A DNA stretch of 64,000 nt from Coriobacteriales bacterium (lineage in GTDB: Bacteria; Actinomycetota; Coriobacteriia; Coriobacteriales; QAMH01), in assembly GCA_050943615.1 (NCBI GenBank), contig JBMNPN010000003.1, forward strand, positions 1,058 through 65,057, written 5' to 3'. This document shows positions 48,650 to 57,035 of this stretch, piece by piece. Positions within the stretch are counted from its first letter, which is position 1, and each line of letters begins with the position of its first letter. The notes beneath the pieces are model-generated. The model had not been told where the DNA came from. It worked only from the letters and a program-made list of their open reading frames with translations, and ran no database searches. The translations under genes were made by a program, and so were the position numbers.

Positions 48650-50245
48650 CTACATGTAGCCGATGATGCCCCACCAGCCAAAACCGACCGTGAAGAAGAT
48701 GAGCATCGTGATGATGCCGCAGATAAGGCCGATGGTCCACCACTTGCCCTGGGACACGTAGCCGCTGCCGAAGAAGACAGGGCCGGGACCGGAGCCGTAG
48801 TGGGTCAGGCAGCCCATGAGGTTGGAGAAGCAGCCGAGCAGCATGGCGGAGGCCAGCGGCGGGGCACCTGCGGCCAGGCAGACCATGAGGAATGCGCTGT
48901 ACATCGCCGAGACGTGCGCCGTGGCGGATGCGAACAGATAGTGCGAGATGAAGTAGATGACGCCGAGGATGATGAGGGCGACCAGCCAGGGCATGCCGCT
49001 CACGACGCCTGCCATGAGGTCGGAGAACCAGGGGATGAGACCCATGGTGTTGAGGTAGGTGGCCATCATGACGAGGGCGGCGAACCAGACCAAGGTATCC
49101 CAAGCGCCCTTCTCGGACTTGATGTCATCCCAGTTGAGAACGCCGAGCAGGAGGAGCAGCGACAGGCCGATGAAACCGGTGACCGTGGCGTTGAGCCCGA
49201 TGGAGGAGCCGGCGATCCAGAGGACGAGGATGATGATGAAGACCGCGATCATGAGTTTCTCGGAGGTCTTGACAGGGCCCATCTCCTGGAGCTTGGCATG
49301 AGCGAGGTCGGCCGCCTCGGGAGTCTCTTTGATCTCGGGCGGGAAGATCTTGAAGATGACCCAGGGAACGACGATCAGGCAGACGAGGCCGGGAACGCAG
49401 GCGGCAATCGCCCAGCCAGCCCAATCGATGTTGATGCCCGCAGCAGATGCCGCAAGAGAAACGGCCAACGGGTTTGCCGCCATGGCGGTCATGAACATCG
49501 AGGAGGTGATCATATCGGCCTGGAATGCGGTGACGTGCAGGTACGCGCCGATCTTGCGTCCAGTTCCGTCATCGGGGCGAGATCCGAAGACGCGCGAAAG
49601 CGACTGGACGATCGGGTAGATGACGCCGCCGGCACGAGCGGTGTTTGAGGGCATCGCCGTCGCGAGGACGAGGTCGGTCACGGCAAGGGAATAGGAAAGG
49701 CCCAAGGTCCTCTTGCCGAACTTGCTCATGAACAGGTACGCGATGCGGTTGCCAAGTCCAGTCTTGATGAAGCCGCGCGAGATGAAGAACGCGATGACGA
49801 TCAGCCAGATCGTGGTGTTGTGGAAACCGGAGAGCGTGTTGGTGATGAACGACGTAGAGGTCTTGCCGTCGTCGAGGATACCGGTGAGCATGATGACCGT
49901 CAGGGCGATAATCGAAACCGCGCCCATTGGCAGCGGCTTGGAAATCAGTCCGACGATGGTCGCCACGAAGATGGCAAAGAGATGCCAGCAGTTGACGGCG
50001 ACGTAATGAGCGGCTTCGGCATCGCTCATTCCCGCCTTGGTAATGAGGGTATTGAAAGCCCCGCCGTCACCGACAACATCCGCTGCGAAGGTCTCGAGCC
50101 CCGCAGGCATTGGAACGAACCAGAGGATGACGCCAACGAGGACCGTGATCACGAGCGCGATCCAGTTGAGTCCCCCCTTCTTCGGCTTGGCCTCTTTTTT
50201 GGCCTTCGCCGATTCGGCATGAAACGATTTTTCCGTATCAGCCAT
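48650..50245 (-). CDS. DASS-family (SLC13/CitT/TtdT-like) di/tricarboxylate anion transporter
   Basis: Start ATG 50245 (MADTEKSF), with AAGGGAG upstream. About 12+ TM. Motifs AMPSNTARAGG and SHYLFASATAHVSAMY. Confidence 0.85.
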   Translation of the reverse strand: MADTEKSFHAESAKAKKEAKPKKGGLNWIALVITVLVGVILWFVPMPAGLETFAADVVGDGGAFNTLITKAGMSDAEAAHYVAVNCWHLFAIFVATIVGLISKPLPMGAVSIIALTVIMLTGILDDGKTSTSFITNTLSGFHNTTIWLIVIAFFISRGFIKTGLGNRIAYLFMSKFGKRTLGLSYSLAVTDLVLATAMPSNTARAGGVIYPIVQSLSRVFGSRPDDGTGRKIGAYLHVTAFQADMITSSMFMTAMAANPLAVSLAASAAGINIDWAGWAIAACVPGLVCLIVVPWVIFKIFPPEIKETPEAADLAHAKLQEMGPVKTSEKLMIAVFIIILVLWIAGSSIGLNATVTGFIGLSLLLLLGVLNWDDIKSEKGAWDTLVWFAALVMMATYLNTMGLIPWFSDLMAGVVSGMPWLVALIILGVIYFISHYLFASATAHVSAMYSAFLMVCLAAGAPPLASAMLLGCFSNLMGCLTHYGSGPGPVFFGSGYVSQGKWWTIGLICGIITMLIFFTVGFGWWGIIGYM

Positions 50246-50687
50246 TACCCACTCCCTTCTTGCGTGAGCTTCCTCCTGAAGCTCTTGATGCTCGGGGGCA
50301 TTATTGAAAAATCTGCCTCCGGTGCCCTTGGGCACACCGTAGAAAGTACACGCTGTCTGGAAGCTTTCCTACACCCGCAAAGGGTGTTTTATTACCATAA
50401 ACCCCAGCTCAGAGCATGGGTGTGTAATTAAGTGACGACTGAGGGGCCGATTGCGAACCTCCTTTCCCGCATTGTGCGCGAGCACGCACCATGCCACCTG
50501 GCAGCTCTAGGACCTGTGTCATGAGAACGTTTTGGGACAAAGGGCTATAGTGGTCAGGTAAACCTTGTACTCGAACCAGTTTTTCGGTTTATGTGTAATG
50601 CCATAGGGGACTCAGGCGTCGCAGAACTTTTCGCGATGCTGCGCAATAAGCGCGCGGAAAGAAGGCGTCGTCAAAGGAGCGGCGATC

Positions 50688-52250
50688 ATGAACTCGAACA
50701 ACCGCAAGGTCGCCCTTGCTCTCGGACTGACCTTCGGTGCCATTTGGACAGGAGACTCTGTCTTTCTCGAAGCGCTGGGGCCAGCGTTTTCAGTGCTCTA
50801 CATGCGCTGTGCTTCTGCTGTGCTCTACCTGCTCTTTTTGCTGTGTGCAAAACTGTTCTACGAAAAACATGAACGCGCCGCAAAATCCCGCAGCGAGCAC
50901 CTTGTTGCTTCGGGGCGCTTTCTCATTCCGAGCTGCATCATCGGTCTCTGCTGCTATATTGCCGGAGGGACTCTCATTCTCTTCAACTTCGGCCATCCCT
51001 ACCTCGGGTTTGCGCTGACCAAGATCATTGGCGCTCCACTCACCATCGGCAGCGTGTACCTGTTCGGCTCCCCAGGACGCATTAACGTCATGAGGGATAC
51101 TGCCGAAAGCGTTTCGCTCTCTTTTTTCATCTTTGCCCTTGCACGCTTTTTGATGAGCTCGACTCTTATCGACAGCACCATCTCGGCTCTTGCAAGCTTC
51201 ATCCTTCTCGCAGCGGCAACGGCATTGATAACGCGGGAGACCGACGGCGTGATGAACCTGCTGAAAGACCTCGATGCGCGCAATGAGAAGCCCGAGGTCA
51301 TATTGCGACCACTGCACAAGATCATGAATGCCCCGCTTATCGCGGGCCTTATGCTCGTGAGCCTCATGCTCGGCTTTGTTCGGCACGGCCTTGGCTCCGT
51401 GAACCCGCCCGACGCTCTTATCATCCTCGTGTTCATGACACTTACGATGCTGGGACTCTACCTGTATAAAAAGGGACTCTCCCTAAGCCTGTTCTTTCAG
51501 GTCGGTGTCGTCTGCATGACCGCCGCCATCCTGCTCGAATCGCTTCTCGCGTTGAGCAAGTTCCCACTCGAAAACCTGCTTCTGTGGTATTCGTCGGCAG
51601 CATTCGAGACGACCTCAATGATGCTGTGCATCTGGACGTCCCATAATTCCACTCGGCCCTTCTTTGCGGCCATCATCTCGCGCACCATCATGGTCTTCGG
51701 ACATCTGCTCGGGACCCTGATCATCCTCGGAGAAATGCTTCTGTCCCTCGAAGTTCCCGGAGGCGGTACCATCGCCCCCTCCGTGCTCGTGTTCATCTTC
51801 ATCCTGATGCTCCTGTTCAGCTACCGTATCCCAACGCTGCAGGTTATCTTCTTCTCGCTGCCTCCCAACGATTTCGACGCCGAAGTCTCACCGGAGGGCG
51901 AGGCTCTCAACGCCGCCGCAGAGGGACGCAAGCCCGACGAGGTGCCAAACGCCAGCGCGGTCATGAGCAAAGAGGAGCAGTGGCGCGACCACCGGCGTCG
52001 GTCCTGCCGACGGGTCGCAGATACCTACTCTCTGACCAAGCGCGAGATCGATGTGCTCTACGAGCTTTCCGAAGGACGCTCAGTAAGCTACATGGCCGAC
52101 CGCTTCGTGCTCTCCCCCAACACCGTGAAGATGCACATCCGCCACATCTACCAAAAGCTCGACGTCCACAGCAAGCAGGAGGTCATCGACATCGTCAATG
52201 CAGCTGGGGAGCTGGTTGACGACGACGACCAGCAGAAAGTTGTAGACTAA
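50688..52250 (+). CDS. Membrane-embedded LuxR-family transcription regulator
   Basis: About 400 aa polytopic N-terminal domain. C-terminal HTH LTKREIDVLYELSEGRSVSYMADRFVLSPNTVKMHIRHIYQKLDV. Confidence 0.8.
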   Translation: MNSNNRKVALALGLTFGAIWTGDSVFLEALGPAFSVLYMRCASAVLYLLFLLCAKLFYEKHERAAKSRSEHLVASGRFLIPSCIIGLCCYIAGGTLILFNFGHPYLGFALTKIIGAPLTIGSVYLFGSPGRINVMRDTAESVSLSFFIFALARFLMSSTLIDSTISALASFILLAAATALITRETDGVMNLLKDLDARNEKPEVILRPLHKIMNAPLIAGLMLVSLMLGFVRHGLGSVNPPDALIILVFMTLTMLGLYLYKKGLSLSLFFQVGVVCMTAAILLESLLALSKFPLENLLLWYSSAAFETTSMMLCIWTSHNSTRPFFAAIISRTIMVFGHLLGTLIILGEMLLSLEVPGGGTIAPSVLVFIFILMLLFSYRIPTLQVIFFSLPPNDFDAEVSPEGEALNAAAEGRKPDEVPNASAVMSKEEQWRDHRRRSCRRVADTYSLTKREIDVLYELSEGRSVSYMADRFVLSPNTVKMHIRHIYQKLDVHSKQEVIDIVNAAGELVDDDDQQKVVD

Positions 52251-52293
52251 GGCGCACGTTGCCATCCGAAAACAAAGAGGTAGCCCCCTTCTC

Positions 52294-54078
52294 ATGACCA
52301 TCGACTTCATATCACTTGCCGTCATCGTCATCGCGGCGGTCATCTGCCCCATCATCGCGCATCTCATACCCAACAAGCTCATCCCAGAGTCTGTCTTTCT
52401 GCTGGTTGCGGGCTGCATCCTCGGACCCAACTGCCTGGGACTCATCCAAGTCGACGAGATCGTGAGCTTTCTTTCCGACCTCGGCCTCGCCTTCCTGTTC
52501 CTGCTCGCCGGCATGGAGATCAATCCCAAGACGCTCGTCGACCGACAGGGCAGGCGCGCACTCGTCACCTGGGCGGTTTCCATGGGCATCGCGCTTCTGG
52601 CGACGGCGTTCTCGCCGTTCATCAGCGAAGGCGGTCCACGGCTTGCCGTTGCCATCGCGCTGACGACGACCGCCTTTGGCACGCTCGTGCCCATCATGAA
52701 GGAGCGCGGGCTCAACGGAACCCCCGTGGGTGATGCCATCACCGCCTACGGCACCTGGGGCGAGCTTGCTCCCGTGCTCGCCATCGCCATCCTGCTCACG
52801 ACGCGCGCCAAAATTGAGACGCTCATCATTATCTGCGTCTTCATCGCGATTTGCGTGGTCATGGCAGTGGTCCCCGCGATTGCCAAGAAGGCGGGAAGCG
52901 GCCTATACCGGTTCTTGAGCGCCGATGCCAACCCGACCTACCAGACCATGATGCGCTTCACGATCATGATCCTGGTCGTGCTTGTCGCGTTCTCATCGCT
53001 CTTCGACCTCGACATCGTGCTCGGCGCCTTTGCCGCGGGCTTCGTCATGCGCTACATCATCCCCGAGGGCGATGAGAAGCTGGAAAGCAAGCTCAACGGT
53101 GCCGCCTACGGGTTCTTCATCCCGATCTTCTTCGTCGTCAGCGGCTCGAAGGTCAGCATCGCAGCCGTCGGCGCACGCCCCGCCATGCTCGTGCTGTTCA
53201 TCCTGGGACTCATGCTCATCCGCGGTCTGCCCATCTTCGTGTCGCTGTACACGGACAAGAAGAGTGCGCTTTCCATCCACAACAAGTGGACCGTCGCGCT
53301 CTACTGCACGACGGCGTTGCCCTTAATCGTCGCCGTGACCTCGATTGCAGTCTCTGCCGGCGCGATGACGCAGGACAACGCCTCCGTGCTGGTGGCCGCT
53401 GGCGCAATCACGGTCTTTCTGATGCCGCTTCTGGCGAGCCTCACCTATCGCATCGCCGACGCCAAACCCGTCGAGGCCATCGAGGAGATCACCCACAACC
53501 CGCGCGATCTGGCCAAGATCATCCGCCAACATGTCATGCTCGAGCGCATGGTGTCCATCGAGCTCGCGCTCGGGCAGCTCGAGCGGCGCAAGCGCCATGT
53601 GACCCAAGAAGGCGAAAGCTGCGATATCGACGAGTACAAGGAACTCGCGAAGCGAAAGCGCGCACTTGCCGCGACCCTCGACCACGTCAGAGCGGAACTG
53701 GGCTCCGAGCTCGGAGGGGAGAACGGCGAGCTCAGCGACGAGGACCTCGACAAGGAAATCGAGCGCATCCGTGCCGCCCGGCGCGAGTACCTGAAAGGCG
53801 ACGGGCATCATGGGCCGAACGACGAGCGCGTCTCTCAGATCAACGATGCCCTCGCGCGGCGTGCCATCGCAGAGACGCGCAAGCAGCGTGCCGACTTCAT
53901 GAAGAAGGCGGTGGCGAAGCGCGCCGAGGGCACGACGCAAAAGGTCTGGGTGCCTCCTTCTCAAGCGAACGGAACAGACGGAAACGGCGAGCAGAGTGAA
54001 GAGGGCCAAGCTCAGACGGAGGGCGCGGGCCCATCTGCACCAGAGGCTGATAAATCAGCATCGGATCGTCCTGAATAG
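52294..54078 (+). CDS. CPA2-type cation:proton antiporter with long charged C-terminal tail
   Basis: The Na+/H+-exchanger-like TM domain (LLVAGCILGPNCLGLI, LAFLFLLAGMEI) covers about 385 aa. About 205 aa of coiled-coil/charged tail follow, with no RCK/TrkA-N Rossmann motif. Confidence 0.8.
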   Translation: MTIDFISLAVIVIAAVICPIIAHLIPNKLIPESVFLLVAGCILGPNCLGLIQVDEIVSFLSDLGLAFLFLLAGMEINPKTLVDRQGRRALVTWAVSMGIALLATAFSPFISEGGPRLAVAIALTTTAFGTLVPIMKERGLNGTPVGDAITAYGTWGELAPVLAIAILLTTRAKIETLIIICVFIAICVVMAVVPAIAKKAGSGLYRFLSADANPTYQTMMRFTIMILVVLVAFSSLFDLDIVLGAFAAGFVMRYIIPEGDEKLESKLNGAAYGFFIPIFFVVSGSKVSIAAVGARPAMLVLFILGLMLIRGLPIFVSLYTDKKSALSIHNKWTVALYCTTALPLIVAVTSIAVSAGAMTQDNASVLVAAGAITVFLMPLLASLTYRIADAKPVEAIEEITHNPRDLAKIIRQHVMLERMVSIELALGQLERRKRHVTQEGESCDIDEYKELAKRKRALAATLDHVRAELGSELGGENGELSDEDLDKEIERIRAARREYLKGDGHHGPNDERVSQINDALARRAIAETRKQRADFMKKAVAKRAEGTTQKVWVPPSQANGTDGNGEQSEEGQAQTEGAGPSAPEADKSASDRPE

Positions 54079-54189
54079 CTTGTCGAGCGGGACAAGCTCC
54101 AATTACAGCTATGCGCTTTCTTGCCGGCTTGCGCGAGAGGCGAAGAGGTGACGAGCCACAGAGACGATGACGGTATCAGGTAGCGCTGT

Positions 54190-54412
54190 CTCAAGGAGAG
54201 CGCTCGACCACCTGAGGCACTTCGGCGCACGGCGCATCGAAACCCTCCAAGTGGTCGACCACCAGGGCCCTCTCGGCGCAATATCCGCATCGAACCCCGG
54301 TACGTGGGCGGATTTTCGCACCGAATTGCATCGAAACCCTTTATGTGGTCGACCACGAAAGCCACTTCGATGTTAGATGCGCCGAAAGCCGCTACGTGGT
54401 CGACTGGGAGTC
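54190..54412 (+). repeat. Family B tandem repeat array 2 (~5 units)
   Basis: Units include GCATCGAAACCCTCCAAGTGGTCGACCACCAGG (from 54233), GCATCGAACCCCGGTACGTGGGCGGAT (from 54287) and GCATCGAAACCCTTTATGTGGTCGACCAC (from 54328). Same orientation and same unit order as array 1. Confidence 0.8.
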
Positions 54413-54494
54413 ATCAATATTAGAAGGGCGAATCGTTGTTTGAGGAATCTCGAAGACGCAGTCTCTCGCTCTCGCATCGAGTCCAGCATGGACT

Positions 54495-55337
54495 CTATAT
54501 CAGGCTATCGTCATCGAGATAGTCGAGGTTGGGCTCCACACCATTGGCCTTGCAGATCTCGATGAGCTGAGCATCGCTGATAGTGTAGTTCGGCACCCCT
54601 CCACCACATGCCTGACGAGCGGCAAGATAATATCCCGCTGCCTTCTCGACCGCGTGCATCCTTCCGAACGCGGCATCGAAATCAGTCCCGCTCACGAACA
54701 TGCCGTGCTGCGTCCAAACGACTGCATCATGGTGGTCCATCAGGCGCGCGGTTGCCTGTGCGATTTCAATCCCCCCGGGCACCATCCAGGGAACAACGCC
54801 CACGCCCTGCGGAAAGAAGAGCACCGATTCGGTCATGAGCTTCCAGAGCGCACGGGTCCACACGCGTGCCTGCGGGGGCAGCAGCGTCGACATGACGATG
54901 ACGTTGGGGCAGTGCGCATGGTAGATGACCCGATCGGCACCGTCGGTCGCCGAAACGCGGACGCTGTGGTTCATGAGATGCGTGGGAAGCTCGCTCGTCG
55001 GCCTGCCACCATCGACAAGTCCCCAGACCAAACGCCATGCAGCGCCCTTTTCATCGATCTCGACGATGCCGACGGATTCCTCTGGATAGAGCGGCACGTT
55101 CTTCATGAGCTTGCCGGCACCAGTTACCAGAAAACACGAGCCTGCGAGGTTCTCGACAGAGAACCCGAGCTCGTGCCAGTCATCTTCGTCCGAAAAATCA
55201 CCTGCGCACGTGGCAAGGTCCGCTTCGCGCAAGCGATAGGAAAGATTTCCCGCATTGGCCTCGTGCCAACCCTGGGCAAAGCCATCCTCGCACAGGCGCG
55301 AAAACCGCGCAAAACAATCCGAATCAAGAACGGACAT
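54495..55337 (-). CDS. rhaD: Rhamnulose-1-phosphate aldolase-like class II aldolase
   Basis: Start ATG 55337 (MSVLDSD), with AGGAG upstream. Collinear with my recollection of E. coli RhaD: GWHEANAGNLSYRL, TGAGKLMKNV, PTSELPTHLMNH, DRVIYHAHCPN, FPQGVGVVPWMVPG, HGMFVSG. Confidence 0.8.
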   Translation of the reverse strand: MSVLDSDCFARFSRLCEDGFAQGWHEANAGNLSYRLREADLATCAGDFSDEDDWHELGFSVENLAGSCFLVTGAGKLMKNVPLYPEESVGIVEIDEKGAAWRLVWGLVDGGRPTSELPTHLMNHSVRVSATDGADRVIYHAHCPNVIVMSTLLPPQARVWTRALWKLMTESVLFFPQGVGVVPWMVPGGIEIAQATARLMDHHDAVVWTQHGMFVSGTDFDAAFGRMHAVEKAAGYYLAARQACGGGVPNYTISDAQLIEICKANGVEPNLDYLDDDSLI

Positions 55338-55348
55338 GTCTCTAGCTC

Positions 55349-56377
55349 CTACTTGCCGATTAGCGTCTCGGCAATCTGAACGGCATTGAGAGCGGCGCCT
55401 TTCCTGATCTGGTCCATGACGAGCCACAGGGCAAGGCCGTTCTCGACCGTGCGATCGATGCGAACGCGGCCCACGTAGATGTCATCAGTGCCCTGCTTGA
55501 GAGCGGGCATCGGGTAGACGAGGTTCTTGCAGTCGTCTTCGAGCGTGACGCCGGGAGCCGCCGCCAGTACCTCTCTGGCATGATCGGGCGTGATGGGCTC
55601 GTTGAACTCGACATTGAGCGATTCCGCATGGCAGCGCAGCACGGGCACGCGCACGCAGGTCGGCGCGACCTGGATGCTCTCGTCGCCGAAGATCTTCTGG
55701 GTCTCGACGACCATCTTCCACTCTTCCTTGTAGTAGTCGTCCTCGACCGGCACATCGATGTGCGGGATGACGTTGAAGGCGATCTGGTCGCTGAAGGCCT
55801 CGATGGTGAGTTCCTCGTCGTTCAGAAACTGGCGCGTCTGGTTGTAGAGCTCGTTCATAGCCTTCATGCCCGCGCCGCTTGCCGCCTGGTACGTGCTCAC
55901 GACGATGCGCTTGATGCCACCGGCCGCATCGGCGAGCGCCTTGAGCGGTACGACCATCTCGATGGTCGAGCAGTTGGGGTTGGCAATGACGCCGGAGTGC
56001 CAGGCGAGGTCGCCCGGGTTGACCTCGGGGACGACGAGCGGGACGTCGGTGTCCTGCCGAAACGCGCTCGAGTTGTCGATCATGACGCAGCCGGCATCGA
56101 CAACTGCCTGGCGAAACTGCTTAGATGTGGAGGCGCCAGCAGAGAAGAGCGCGATGTCGACGCCCTGGAAGCTGTCATCGGTCATCTCCTCGACCGTGAG
56201 CTCGCCGCCCTTGAAGGGAAGCTTCTTGCCAGCGGAGCGCGCAGACGCAAGCGCCTTGACCTTGGATGCCGGGAAGTCCCTCTGCTCGAGCACCTTGAGC
56301 ATCTCGCGACCGACCACGCCGGTGGCGCCAGCGACGGCAACGACGGGATTTGCGGGAATTTCCTTGTTCCAAGCCAT
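55349..56377 (-). CDS. asd: Aspartate-semialdehyde dehydrogenase
   Basis: Start ATG 56377 (MAWNKEIP). VAVAGATGVVG; active-site NPNCSTI; STYQAASGAG. Confidence 0.92.
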   Translation of the reverse strand: MAWNKEIPANPVVAVAGATGVVGREMLKVLEQRDFPASKVKALASARSAGKKLPFKGGELTVEEMTDDSFQGVDIALFSAGASTSKQFRQAVVDAGCVMIDNSSAFRQDTDVPLVVPEVNPGDLAWHSGVIANPNCSTIEMVVPLKALADAAGGIKRIVVSTYQAASGAGMKAMNELYNQTRQFLNDEELTIEAFSDQIAFNVIPHIDVPVEDDYYKEEWKMVVETQKIFGDESIQVAPTCVRVPVLRCHAESLNVEFNEPITPDHAREVLAAAPGVTLEDDCKNLVYPMPALKQGTDDIYVGRVRIDRTVENGLALWLVMDQIRKGAALNAVQIAETLIGK

Positions 56378-56507
56378 GGCAGATGTCCTTTCGCACAGAT
56401 ACGAAAAAGTCGTGGACTCACAATACCACCGCAACGTCGGAACTCGCACTTTGCCATACGCACCCGTTCACCAGCGCGCGCCAAACGGATGCCAGCGAGC
56501 AGGTGCC

Positions 56508-56711
56508 GCATCCGTTGCGCCCCCGAGGGGCGGCGGGGCTGCGGATGTGCTCAGCGCTCCGCTCCCGTTCGGGAGGGTCCCGCCCGCCGCTGCGGAACTC
56601 GCGCACTTCGTGCGCTCAAACAGTCCTCGCAAGGGCGCGGGCGGGACCCTCCCGAGCAGCTCCGCGAAATCGCCCATCCGCAGCCCCGCCGCCCCTCGGG
56701 GGCTTGCGAGC
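56508..56711. repeat. Family C hairpin element, copy A (MITE-like or invertible)
   Basis: 29-bp terminal inverted repeats GCCCCCGAGGGGCGGCGGGGCTGCGGATG (56519-56547 and 56675-56703), a 127-bp core, TTGC on both sides (56515-56518, 56704-56707), and conserved outer flanks. Confidence 0.8.
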
Positions 56712-56722
56712 TCTCTAATAAG

Positions 56723-56914
56723 TCAGCTCGTCTTTCCGGAGCTCCTATCAGCAATTACTTTATATCGCATCTGGGGAAGCCGTGGAGCACCGCAGTTGGG
56801 GCAGCAATCGTCCGCATCGGTGAGTTCGGCGCCACATAGATAGCAATGCTTGTCATCACCCGGTTCAAATGGCAATTTGCACTTTCCGCACCTCGTACAG
56901 AACATGCAACCCAT
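56723..56914 (-). CDS. Possible small zinc-ribbon protein
   Basis: 63 aa with three CxxC pairs: CTRCGKC, CYLCG, CPNCG. GGGAGG sits 12-13 nt upstream, which is long spacing. No other support. Confidence 0.4.
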   Translation of the reverse strand: MGCMFCTRCGKCKLPFEPGDDKHCYLCGAELTDADDCCPNCGAPRLPQMRYKVIADRSSGKTS

Positions 56915-57035
56915 GCTGCATCCGACCTCCCTCGCACTGCAATAAAGCGCGCCTCAGCGCCCTGGAGTCCAAAGTCCCGGGGCGCTGATGTTCATACCTG
57001 CGCACTTTCGACAGGCTCACATTAAGCGACAGACA

